A DNA stretch of 50,720 nucleotides, from contig NW_008246068.1 of assembly GCF_000281045.1 (NCBI RefSeq), positions 316,547 to 367,266 on the forward strand, in the 5' to 3' direction. The stretch's first letter is position 1. Every line of letters begins with the position of its first letter. The DNA is from Saprolegnia diclina VS20 (taxonomy: Eukaryota). The position numbers and the translations under genes are program-made. The notes beneath the pieces were generated by a model. The model was not told the DNA's origin. It ran no database searches and saw only the letters and a list, made by a program, of their open reading frames with translations. Of this stretch, positions 12,287 through 23,228 are shown one piece after another.

Positions 12287-13538
12287 ATGAGCCTCTCGAC
12301 GCTTTTCAACGATTCCATGTATTCCGAGGACGACGACGCGCGCTCTGCGAAGGCGCGCGTGGCTCGCATGGTGCATGACGCGCAGGCGCAAGCGTGGGCC
12401 CAAAGCGTCGGTCTCAGCTTCATGAACGTGACGTGGGAAGACTGCGCCCGCAGTAAAAACAGCTGCTGGGGCCCCTGCATCTCCGACATGACGCTCATCG
12501 TCGAGAAGACGCGCATGCCGGTCCTCCGCGTGCCCAACTTTGCAGGTAGACAACGTCCTCCACAACGCTCCTCATGGTACTTTTCAAATGTATAGACCCG
12601 ATCATGAGCATATCGACCAGCAAGATCTTTGTCACGGTCGGGAATGAGTCGCCGTACAGTAGCGCGCCCCGAAGCACGATTTCGCTCCAAGAGTACCTCG
12701 AAAACATCACCAAGTACACAGAGCTCGAGCACAGCTTGTTTGCGCCTGCCCACGACGACCACGCAGTGGTAATAACAGTGTACATGCTGATGTATCGCCC
12801 ACGGCATATTAGGTGAGCACGCAAGCCAGCTTTTTGCCCATCGAGAATGAGACCACTGCGTTCCACGTTGGCTTGTACAACTACCAGTCGACTGCGAACG
12901 ACCCGGCCGTGCTCGTCTTGGTGTGCACGGCCGCCGGCACAAGGTACAACGCGACACAATTTTCGGTTTGCAGATGTAGATCGAGTAGTGCTCAAGTCAT
13001 GACGGAGCGCGACGCGATCTTGTACAGCAATGAGCAGGGTCAAAAGCACACGTTTGTGGCCGAGCGCTTGTCGACACACCGCGCCAAGCGGGGCGTCACA
13101 TCGAAAGGCGCCATGACGGCGCGCGAAGAGGCGTGCAACTACGTCATGATCGTTCAAATTCCGCTCCAGCAAAAGCCGCCTCCGCCGCGTCGCCAGTACA
13201 GCAACTTGGCGTGCTACCACTGTGAAGAAGAAGAGTGCGAATTGGGTAGTTTTGAGTCGACGTTCGAGCGGCCCGACGTGGAAGAGGCCATGGTGAGCCT
13301 CGGCGACGCCCTCGGGCCGTTCCCAAAGCTGAGCCAGTTCAGCAAGGTGACCCGCGACGCGCGGTACCCGATTCGCGTGACGATCCAGTTCTACCAAGCG
13401 ACGAGCAACGGCGTCGTGACGCGCGAGATCGTCGAGCGTCTCTGCGACCGCATGGAGCAAGTCAAGGCCAACGCTACGTGGTGGGGCTCCCTTGTGTGCA
13501 AAGGCGGCTCGTTCTTTGGTGGCGGCAGTGACTACTAG
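12287..13538 (+). CDS. Uncharacterised protein with conserved-looking motif blocks (VTWED..R...SCWGP.ISDMT, YNYQS..PAVL, IVQIPL, RD..YPIRVTIQFYQATSNGVV); 4 exons
   Basis: ORFs 12212-12595, 12574-12816 and 12813-13538 join through introns 12546-12595, 12769-12812 and 12943-12988. A local paralog at 16951-18309 shares the motifs, which supports coding status. Confidence 0.85.
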
Positions 13539-15267
13539 TTGCTAGCGTAGACTCGTTTTGAATGCGCAAATCGTCTACATTATGCAATGGGTTCAACCCT
13601 CGATAGCGAAAATTCAAGGCTGTAGAATTACAGGGGTGCGTGAGGCCAAATCCAACGCTCGCTGCTGAACGGAGAAGCCGAAACACCAACTTTCAAATTT
13701 TCAGATGAATTCCAAATGCACCATCGAGTGGCTATACATATTGTACCGTGCATTGTAGTAGTGACAGTACTAGTATACTGCCAGCGAGTTGGTGTACCTC
13801 CAAGCGCTTCGAGGGATACTACCCAGTGCGCCAAATAGGCAGCCGAGACAAATGGCGCGGTAGCGGCTCTGCACCGTGTCCATTGACAAAGCTCGTAGGC
13901 GTCAGTCCTTCGCGTTCCATCGCGATTGCTCCGGTCCGAGCCAGTCATACAAAGTTGATGAAAGGCACTCGTCGATGTGCTGTTTGCGTCACGGAAGCCG
14001 CCCGAAGGGCGAACCCTCAGCCCTAGCGCCAGCTGATGTCCCTTGCGGTTTTGACGCTGAGTCGCGACACAAGAGAAAGGTAGGTGCAAAGGCTTGCCTC
14101 GTTGCACTCGGCGTATCCCTGCAGCTTTCTCAACACAGCAGCGCGTCCAGGATACTCTCCGCTGACTGTGCTTCGTATATGTACTTTGCGTAAAAAAGTG
14201 ATTTAACAGTCGAGGGACTCTGCAGACGAGCGCCCAAGGTTCCATAAACAGACCAGGAATCCTTGGAGCGTCTTGGTGGGGCCGCGATGGCCACCATCGT
14301 CACGTACGGAAGATACTCTGGGTAACCACTCAAGCGCGTTTGCCACGTCATACTCAGAGTGCGAAATATGTGCCTCCGACTTGCTTCTGGCGCCGACCAG
14401 ATTGACTCGACTCGAAACGGAACGTGATTTCTGCATCTTGAAAGCACACTCGATCCTCCACGATGAAGCAGCACCCAGACGACGACGTCGAACGAGAGAA
14501 GAGCTGCCTGCTGTGTGTGTCTACGCCTGCCCCGAACAACGTCAACCAGATGTAAAAACCTGCGAGCGTACGCGGACCACAGTCTCAGTGGTCACCGTAT
14601 GGATTTGCCTTGTGTGCAACACCTCTATGCCAAAGATACTTATATGCGCCGACGACGAACGCAGCTCAGAGCTCGCAGCAAAGGTGAGCAGCGTGTCCGT
14701 TTCTACTAAGCGTCCTTCTTGACATGCCACGCTTCTCCATAGTCGTAGAGCTGTGGCGAGGTCCTTGGCTGCTGCATTTTCAATTGCAAAAGTTGAAGTG
14801 CGTTCACGTGCCCTTATCAGATGCTGCGAACCACCGCAGTGGTGGCGATCACCTCGGTGGCCGCCAAACATCAACGACGCAACCCAATGCCTCCCAACGC
14901 CCATCACGTTTCGGCAACTACGGCAACCAGCGGGTTCGTGCCAACCCATTTACAGGTCGACCCTTTACCCGTCCGGCAGCAGTGGCGCGCGCTCAAAATG
15001 GAAAATACGATAGCTACAGTACCGCACGCATCGCTGGCTTCCTGTCAGAGTCAAAGGGGTGTTCCAAGGTCGCTTATCGTAGCTTGAAGTGCGCCTTTCG
15101 ATCGTTGCACTTGGCCAGAAACAGAGGTGGCGGCGCCAAAGAAACTTCGTAACCCATTCGAAACAAGTGCCCGCGACGACCGCACATCGCGCCACGTGGT
15201 TCCATAGCGACGCCAAACGGGTGCAGGCCCAACCAAATGGCAACCGCCTTCGCCTCGGTTGCAGTTT

Positions 15268-15283
15268 TTCATTTTCGAATTGG
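15268..15283 (+). promoter_or_regulatory. Inr/FPR-like core promoter (tTCATTTTcgaattgg)
   Basis: TCATTTT is 30 nt upstream of the transporter ATG at 15299. Confidence 0.55.
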
Positions 15284-15298
15284 CCATCGACACCAAGC

Positions 15299-16711
15299 AT
15301 GGCATTCCTTACACTAGAAGACATGAAGATTGTCGTGTCGCTTGTCTGCTGCTGCCTCGGCGTCGGTAGTCTCGGCCTCGCCGGCAACTACGCCCGCGCC
15401 GGCTATTTCGCGGCCACAATCGCCTTCATCTTGATGGCGATCATCAACACGTACGCGACGTGGTGTCTCTGCAAGGTGCTCGTCGTCGCGCCCAAGTCCA
15501 TTCTGACGCTCGGCGACCTTGGCGACTGGTGCTTTGGCCGCGTTGGCAAGTATTTTTCGCTGATTTTCCAGTGCCTTCTCTGCGCCATGTACCCGATCGT
15601 GTACCTCGTGCTCGGCGGTACGCTGCTCACGACGCTCTTTCCCATGTCGTTTTCCCAAACGACGTGGCTGATCCTCATGGCCATCACGCTTCTTCCAGTC
15701 TGCCTCGTGCCAACGATGAAGGAAGGCGCGGGCATGGCCCTCGCCGGCGGCCTCGCGACCGTCCTCGCCGATGGTATTGCGCTCGCGCTCCTCATCACCA
15801 ACATGGAGGACGTCAACCCGACTGGCATTTCGCCGCCGTCGCCGGACATTAATTTTACGAGCGTCACGACCGTTTTTGGCAACCTCGCCTTTGCGTATGG
15901 CGCGTGCATGATCATCCCGTCGCTGACGCACGAGCACACGCGGCCAGAGCGCATGCCGCGCATCTCGCTTGTCGCGCAGGGCATCATCACCTTCTTCTTC
16001 TTTACTGTGGCGCTTCTCGGCGTCTTTTCGGCCGGCTGCCAAACACCCAACAACCTGTTGTTTGCGATATCGGGCTCGAAGCTCGGCTTCTCGGCCTCGC
16101 GCGGCTATGTCGTGCTCGCGTTCCTCTTCATGCAGTTTCACATTACGATCGCATTCGCCGTCATCTTCTTCCCGGTCTTCCAGATCCTCGAGCGCCTCGT
16201 GCTCGGGTTGCACAAGGACCGTGACATGGTGCTCGAGAAGGAAGTGCAGACGCCGGCGCTCGACGACGACGTGGAGAGCGCGACCTTTGGTGCGGTCGTC
16301 GACGCCGGTCCGCGCGAAGAAGTCAACGCGTACAAGGCCCCCGGGTCGTACTTTAAGGCTTCGCTCGTGCGCACGGCGCTCATTGCCGTCTGTGTCGTCA
16401 TTGCCGTCATCTGGAAGGACCATCTGAACGCGCTCGTCGACTTTGTCGGAGCGTCGGCGTCGGCGCTCGTCAACATGATCCTCCCGATGCTCTTTTACCT
16501 GAAGACCTTCTGGCCGTCGATCAAGTGGCCGGAAAAGATCTTTGCGTTCGTGTGCATCCTCATCGCTGTCTTCCTCGGCGTGTACGTCTCGATTCAAACG
16601 GGCAAGGACTTGTTCGCGCCCGAGACGGCGGACCCGAAGATCCTCTTCCCGCTCTGCCCGGCCGAGTTCCAACAAGTCGTCTTCACCAACACGACCTACT
16701 ACCACTACTAG
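15299..16711 (+). CDS. Amino acid/auxin permease (AAAP, Aa_trans) family transporter, intronless
   Basis: About 11 hydrophobic segments; CCCLGVGSLGLAGNYARAG, FGNLAFAYG..IIPSLTHEHTRPERM and LVDFVGASA..ILP are typical of oomycete AAAP permeases. ATG at 15299. Confidence 0.92.
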   Translation: MAFLTLEDMKIVVSLVCCCLGVGSLGLAGNYARAGYFAATIAFILMAIINTYATWCLCKVLVVAPKSILTLGDLGDWCFGRVGKYFSLIFQCLLCAMYPIVYLVLGGTLLTTLFPMSFSQTTWLILMAITLLPVCLVPTMKEGAGMALAGGLATVLADGIALALLITNMEDVNPTGISPPSPDINFTSVTTVFGNLAFAYGACMIIPSLTHEHTRPERMPRISLVAQGIITFFFFTVALLGVFSAGCQTPNNLLFAISGSKLGFSASRGYVVLAFLFMQFHITIAFAVIFFPVFQILERLVLGLHKDRDMVLEKEVQTPALDDDVESATFGAVVDAGPREEVNAYKAPGSYFKASLVRTALIAVCVVIAVIWKDHLNALVDFVGASASALVNMILPMLFYLKTFWPSIKWPEKIFAFVCILIAVFLGVYVSIQTGKDLFAPETADPKILFPLCPAEFQQVVFTNTTYYHY

Positions 16712-16920
16712 TGTGCAACCCCAATGTCAAGTCTTCTGTGCAATATATCACGGCTGTTGTTGTCTCCATGGCTTTGTTTTGTTTGCGTGCTGCCACGTCA
16801 TCAAGTCAACCGCCGGTTCTATTGAATTACACAGTTTTACGCAGAGGTAAAAGAGGTTATTGAGTCTCTGAAAAGACATAAGTGCAAAATGACGGTCGTG
16901 GTGCAAACATGACAAAATGT

Positions 16921-16935
16921 GTCATTTTCAAATTG
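16921..16935 (+). promoter_or_regulatory. Inr/FPR-like core promoter (gTCATTTTcaaattg)
   Basis: TCATTTT is 29 nt upstream of the ATG at 16951. Confidence 0.55.
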
Positions 16936-16950
16936 CCACGTGCTGCACAC

Positions 16951-18309
16951 ATGACCAAGTACAGCGTCGTGTCGACACGCGTGATGCAGCTCGTCGAAGA
17001 GGCCGAGGCGCAAGCTAACGCGGCAGCGTGCGGGCTCCGCTTCGAAAGCGGCTCGTGGGACGCAGTGGTCGCCGCTTCGACCCCGCTCGCGACGCTCGTT
17101 GTGGGCACACAAAAGCTGCCGGTCCTCAAGCGCCTTGACGATACTAGTACAGTTGCATGTGTTCGAATCGGTGCAGATGACATAGCCCATCTCCTAGTGC
17201 ATTGCCACCGGACACGCGACGTTGTCGTGACCGTCGGCAACGAGGCGGCCGCGCCCTTGACCACGCTGCCGCTCGCGACGTACTTGCAGGATATTTCAAA
17301 GTACACCTCACTCAAGACGAGCGTGCTTCTCGACAGAGAGGACGACCGCGTCATTGTGCGTACGCAGACATGCATGCTGCCGGTGGTCGACGGCCGGGCC
17401 ACGTGCTTCCACGTCGGTCTTCGAACTGACGCCACTGCCGAGCTCGTCCTGCTCTGCACCGAAGAAGGCACAAGGTACTGAATCTGCTGGCTGTCTCTGC
17501 AAGAGCAAACGTAGCAATTCCGTAGTGCACATGTCGTGCAGCGCGGAGAGTCGGCGCTCTATGTCAACGACCACGGCACGCGGCGTACGCTGGTGACCAA
17601 CCCCAAGCTTCGCCCGGTTGTGACGATCGTCCAAATACCAATCACGGAGACAAAGACGTTGCAGTCCGGCGCAACGGCACGTCGCACCCCCTTTTTCAAC
17701 CCATTTCTACCCGACGGGCCGCAGAACCGGCGAGATTGGCCAGCACCACAAAGTCCGACGTTGCCCGAGCTTGGACCCCGTCAGCCCGACTATTGGCCAT
17801 GCCTTCCACAATGCGATCCTGCGGCCCCCCAATACCACCCGACAACCCCCGCGTACTCCCCCAGTATGTCTCTGGTCGACCCTGCTACCCCATCGAATGT
17901 CCCAACAGCTCCAGCCTACGTCCCAACTTTGCCAGCCTATGTGCCACCTACAGTGCCAACGACTTCAGCCTTTGTCCCAACTGAACCGAGCCCGACGTAT
18001 GATTCGCCACGGCGCATTGAAGCACCTCTGACGGTCGCACCGCCGTCAATGGCTCTTCCGAACGCCATTGCTGCGAGCTACGCCCCAAGTCCGGTGTACT
18101 ACGCTACTGGTCCTTCTTCGGACGCAACGGTGGGCGTCGCCGTCGGCGCCTTCCCGAGCCTCACCGGCCGAACCATTGAACGTGATATTGCGTCTCCCAT
18201 TCGCGTCACAGTGCAGTATTGCTACCCAACGACCGACGGCGTCGTGTCGTCAGCGTCCATGCGCGAGATGGCTGAGAGGATGCGTTCATGCGAGACGCTC
18301 ACCATGTAA
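16951..18309 (+). CDS. Diverged paralog of the 12287-13538 protein with a Pro-rich heptad insertion
   Basis: Shared blocks VVTVGNE, YLQDISKYT, FHVGL, LVLLCTEEGT|SAHV, IVQIPI, GAFPSL and RDIASPIRVTVQYCYPTTDGVV. Intron 17475-17525 has the same position and phase as the paralog's third intron. A further in-frame intron probably starts at 17147. Confidence 0.82.
17749..17991 (+). repeat. Degenerate coding tandem repeat, about 21 nt (7 aa) period, xxPxxPx
   Basis: QSPTLPE LGPRQPD YWPCLPQ CDPAAPQ YHPTTPA YSPSMSL VDPATPS NVPTAPA YVPTLPA YVPP TVPTTSA FVPTEPS. Confidence 0.75.
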
Positions 18310-18432
18310 TTTGCCTTGCCAATAACATCAATCTATCAACTTGCGAATGTGCGAAAATGCGTGCATCCAACGTTTCAACTGCCAACTGTGGCAGCGAGCC
18401 AACGGCATCGAGCGCTGGAACATCATCTCGAG

Positions 18433-19878
18433 ATGGTGGCGCCCCGCGTAACCAAGCGAGACGACGACTGTCGCCCGCGGCGCCGACGCTCCCCCGTCGT
18501 GCGTCGGCGGTCCCATCCAAGTCCGTCGACGAGCCCTGAGAAACCACTCCGAAAGGTGCGGTCATGCCCCCCAACCGAGAGTAGTGTGCTTGCCGACCAC
18601 GACATCGTCTCGACATTTGTACGACTGCGCCCGTCGTCCTCCTCCGCCCCAATTCTCGCCTGCACACAAACAACAACCAAGGACGGTGTGTCCATCGAAG
18701 TAGCTCGAGCCACAGGCGAGAAGCGCGCGTTTCTCATCGATGGGATCTTGGACGCTACCGCCACCCAAGACGATGTCTTTGACGCAGTGGGTCGTCCGGT
18801 TGTCGACCGCCTTCTCGCTGGCAGCAACAGCAGTCTCTTCACGTACGGTCAAACCGGGTCTGGCAAGACGTATACGATGCTCGGCGCGGTCGAGGGCCCC
18901 GACCGCGGGCTCCTCGCCCGGGTCTTGCAGGCGCTGCTGACAAAAGCACCGGTCAGCGATATCTCTTGGTGGCTTGTCGGTTAAATGGTTTGGCTGGCGT
19001 AGGACGCTGTGTACAACGTCTCGTACTTTGAAATCTACGGCGACAAGGTCCACGACCTCCTCGATAATGCGCACAGTCGCGCCAAGTGCGTGCGGGAAGA
19101 CACCCAGCTGGGTACCGTTTTTGTGCAAGACCTCGTGTCGCGGACCGTGCGCTCGAGCGCCGAGGCAAATGCGCTGCTGCAGCTCGGCGCCAAGCACCGC
19201 CGGGTCGGCAGCACGGCCATGAACCGCGACAGCTCTCGGTCCCACGCGATCCTTCAGATGACGCTCACGCAGGCCTGCTTCCAGAGCGTCTTGTACTGTG
19301 TCGATCTCGCGGGCTCCGAGACCCACACCGGCGCAAGCGTCCACGAGGTTTTGATACAAAATGACTCGAAAACGTCGTCGTCTCAGGGATTGTAGGCAAC
19401 GCAAATCAACAAGTCGCTGTCGTGCCTCGCCAACGTCATCACCGCGCTCGTCGATGTCTCGAACGGGACGCATCGGCATATACCCTACCGCGACTCAAAG
19501 CTCACGTTCCTGCTGCGGGACGCGCTCACCGCCAAGACGACCATTGTCGCAACGATCTCGTCGGACGCACGCCACGTCACTGAAACACTTGCGACATTGC
19601 AGTTTGTGCAGCGCGCCAAGTGCATACGTGGCGCGGCGGGAGACGAGAGCCACCTCGGCAACAAGAACAGTGTGCAACGATTGGCGCAGCCACAACGCCA
19701 CACGCTTGAAAAGGCGACTTTGGCGCAGTCGGCGCCAAGTACGACCGACATTGGCGTTCAGACATGTCTGCCCGCTCTCACCACGCCCTCGAGCGCTACG
19801 ACTAGTGTCGCGCTAAGTGTTGGCTTCGCTCTCTGCTTGGGCATCCTGTGCTGGCACCGCTGGCGCCGTCGGCCGTAG
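18433..19878 (+). CDS. Divergent kinesin-12-like motor with a short tail ending in a predicted transmembrane anchor; 3 exons
   Basis: [76 protein letters not shown]. Introns at about 18952-19002 and 19349-19395. C-terminus SVALSVGFALCLGILCWHRWRRRP*. Confidence 0.88.
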
Positions 19879-20051
19879 CTTCTCGGATGCACACCGCCTG
19901 GAAAATTTCAAGTTGGTCGATTCGGCGGGTCAACGTTCCTGAGTGCCGGTGTCGCTGAGGTACCCACCGCACGTGCACAAGATGGCCTCGATTTCACGTG
20001 GTCGTGAATACAAACAAATGAATCGTAGCTTCGCAAGAACGCTTTCATTCG

Positions 20052-21343
20052 TTGTTTGGTTGCCTCGACAAGGCGGCGTTAGGGTCCTCAAAGATAAAAA
20101 CCTATGGACTGCTACAGAGTTATGGCGTCGCGGGCTCCGATTTGCAGTTGCGAGCGCACCGACAGCGTGTCGAAAGTGCGCCCCGCGACGCGCACGAGAC
20201 GCAGCTGTCGAGTTCGAGCGAGAATGACAGTCAAGAGGCGTCCCTTGATGACTTGGGCGACGACAGCAGCGATGAAGAGCGTGCGCTGATGGCAGTGCGA
20301 GATGCAGAGTTAGGCGCGCAGCTGACTCGACTCCCTTCGGATAAATACGTGCATCCGGAAGATCGCGCCTGCTCGACCTGCTTCGCGCCCATTGCCAAAG
20401 CCTGGCATTTACATAATATTGTAGAAGCGGGTTCTACCAGCCCGCCCGCTTGTGATCGGTTGCTACGACGAGGTCAAGGCGTGAACGGTGTGCTGACGTC
20501 CGAGTTGACTTGCTGGGACGAGACATTGCCCACTGGACGACACACCATCGTGGCTACGTCCCGCCCAACGGTCGTGCGAACATCGACGCAACACGTCAAT
20601 ATATTTTGTTTGCGTGATGACGTGGGAGGCAGCCGCTCAAGCCGTGGCGCAGTCTTTGTACCTCCTCCCAAAAGCGACCTTTGGACGCCGTCTCAGCGAC
20701 GGACGCTCGCAACTCAACGGTCCTTGCATCGTCTGCCGCCACCCGGCCTGCACCGCTCGGTAGCGCCGCGGCGGCTCCGACGCCGTCCAAACGCCGTGCG
20801 TCGCCAACGCATGACGAGGGTTTCAAGCGAGCTCGGGTCGATGGTGAGCTCGACGAGTTGATTCGGACGGCACCCACGCTCACCCGGCACATGAAGTCGG
20901 AGCTGGACTCGCTGGGCGTTGATCGGTGGCAGTGGCGTGTTGAGTACTGCGGTCTTCCACGCCATATCCCAAGCGCATGCGCAAGTCTTTCTCACGATGC
21001 CAGTCGAGGCCAACTCTACACTCCACTCGATCGAGCCACGACGCTAAAGCCGCGCCGAATCTTGGACTTGCAGCTCCAAAGGCATTGTTGTGAGCCGCTT
21101 GATCCCACTCGAGTGGGTGCCAGTCGTGTCAACGGTACACGAAAGCACGTGTCGGACAGGCGGGCCAGAAATCGACGGCACAAGGCATTTCTCGTGTTGC
21201 TATCGCACAACTGGGCCACGACCAACTCGGCAACCGCGCTCAATATCAACGCCAATCGTCGCCAAGGGTTCACTCGTTGTCGACTCAATTTGACGGGCAC
21301 CAAAAACCCTCAAGTGTCCTGCCGAGATCAAGTCGTGGTTTGA
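20052..21343 (+). CDS. Possible hypothetical protein or decayed gene; exon structure unresolved
   Basis: Overlapping ORFs contain protein-like segments: acidic SSSSENDSQEASLDDLGDDSSDEE, a CxxC (CSTC) and NLS-like KRRASP..FKRAR. I could not derive a clean spliced model or a family motif. Confidence 0.3.
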
Positions 21344-21508
21344 CCTCGATAACAACGTCGGGTTATAGTCTTAAACTGCTGGCCGTGGCCGAGTCTCCTC
21401 GTCTCTGCGACGTAGTTGTACCGGACGCCACTCGCTCTCGAGGCCAAAGTAAATAAGGGCGTTTGTTGATAGGCAATTTCGTCTCATCGAGTTAAATAAG
21501 GTGCGATC

Positions 21509-22441
21509 TTATCGCTTGTACATGTCGGGGTGGCGTAAGTTGAGCATCGCGAGCAGGGTTTCGAGGCTGAGCCCGGACGTCGCCTTGGTATGTTCTCTGG
21601 CGTCGAGCTCCTTTTGCAGAAACGGGTGGTGCAAGAGCGAGTGCGTCGTCATGCGCTTCACGGGGTTTACTTGGAGGAGCCCATCGACAACGTCCAACGC
21701 GTCGGGCGAGAAGTAGCCTCCGAGATGCCACACCTTGACCAACGCGCGAATGCCGCTCGTGTGCAACACGCGGTAGCGCTCGTCGTCGACCGATGTGCTC
21801 TCGATCGGTGGGGCGCCCGTGAGCATGATGTAGAGCAGAATGCCGAGCGACCACATGTCGGCGAGGAGCGGCTGGTACGCGACGCCTTGGTAGACTTCGG
21901 GCGCCATGTAGAAGAGCTTCCCGACGCACTCGTGCCGCGTCGGCGCAATCGGCACGGCGAGGCCAAAGTCCATGACGCGGCACTGCTTCTTGGCGTCCAC
22001 CAGAACGTTCTCGAGCGAGAGATCGCGGTGCGCATACCCAGATGCGTGGAGGAAGCTCACGCCGCGCACGATTTGTCGAAAATACGCCTGCGCGTCACGG
22101 AGGCCAAAGCGGCTCTCCGGGGCGTCGACGAGCACGTTGTACAGCTCGCCAAACTTGCAGTGGTCAAACACTAAGTGCGAATGCGTCTCGTTGTCAAACG
22201 AGTCGAGGAGCGAGAGGACGTTGGTGTGGCCGCCCCGCGCCGAGAGTGCTGTGTACACGGTCTTCTCCATCTCGCCGTCTTCGGCCACCTTTCGCTGCGT
22301 CGTGCACGCGCGCTTGGCGCGCATCGCAGCGAGGTTGGTTTGCTTGATCACAACGAGGCGCCCGGTCGCATTCTCCTTGCAGAGGAGCACTTGGCCGTAA
22401 ATGGCGTCGGCGACCTTCTCGACCAGCGTGTACGCGTCCAT
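21509..22441 (-). CDS. Ser/Thr protein kinase, CAMK-like HRDLSLEN family, intronless
   Basis: MDAYTLVEKVADAIYGQV, VVIK, YAHRDLSLEN, MDFG, GKLFYMAPE, DMWSLG. ATG at 22441. Confidence 0.93.
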   Translation of the reverse strand: MDAYTLVEKVADAIYGQVLLCKENATGRLVVIKQTNLAAMRAKRACTTQRKVAEDGEMEKTVYTALSARGGHTNVLSLLDSFDNETHSHLVFDHCKFGELYNVLVDAPESRFGLRDAQAYFRQIVRGVSFLHASGYAHRDLSLENVLVDAKKQCRVMDFGLAVPIAPTRHECVGKLFYMAPEVYQGVAYQPLLADMWSLGILLYIMLTGAPPIESTSVDDERYRVLHTSGIRALVKVWHLGGYFSPDALDVVDGLLQVNPVKRMTTHSLLHHPFLQKELDAREHTKATSGLSLETLLAMLNLRHPDMYKR

Positions 22442-22567
22442 CGAATGGTAAGTCGAAGAATGGGCCGCAAGAACCGGAGCATCCGTTGAGGTCCAGACAC
22501 GAACACCACCACTTGGCGCGAGGTTCCCGCCACGATTCACTCAATAAGTACTTGATATTTTTTCGTC

Positions 22568-22575
22568 AGCCAATC
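22568..22575. promoter_or_regulatory. CCAAT box (AGCCAATC)
   Basis: About 129 nt upstream of the kinase ATG at 22441; an equivalent box lies about 127 nt upstream of the paralog ATG at 24263. Confidence 0.45.
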
Positions 22576-23228
22576 ACAACGCGATTGGAAAGATTCTCGA
22601 CGGTAGCAAGTACTGACTGTGGCAACTGTAACGCTACAGCATTGCACACCATGGCGTTCGTCGTGCAACCCTCGGGCGCGCTGCGCGTCATTGCCACGTA
22701 CTTCAATGCACCAGCGAGGGTGACTAACACGCAACCTCCTTTTCTAGTGTGCTGCAAAGGAAATATCGGAGCATATTGAGGGGATATTAACGCCAAACGG
22801 TACATGCGCGTCTACGCAGTCGCCTTGTCGAAAGGTCAACGGTGACTCACGCCAGCGCAGCGACGAACGGATGCTGGATGCTGGCTCCATGATCCCAAGC
22901 GTTGAAGTCACCGGTAGCTTCGCGTTGAAGCGCAGAGGGTCCTGCAACTGCATGTCGACTGGCTCGGAGGATCGACGCACGGTGAGTCACAAGGCCGGAT
23001 GCAACGCATTTTGGTTGCAGTGAATCCAACCGTATCTTCTATTCGCATGCGTTTCCTGCTAAATATGCTCTAGCCACGGAGCAAAAGCGAGTGACAAAGT
23101 GTACATGAGTGGTGCTGGTTCCATGGAAAACTAAGTTTTTTGTTAAATAAGTAAAATACGGGTAAATACAGTGGTCACAAACGCGCAAAGACGAGCACAT
23201 GCAGAAGACGCCAGTGCACGACAGTGCC

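Noticed and set aside
15314..16705. Long antisense ORFs (463 aa here; also 6020-7147 and 49147-50274)
   Set aside because: Shadow ORFs caused by high GC3 codon bias of the real genes on the opposite strand.
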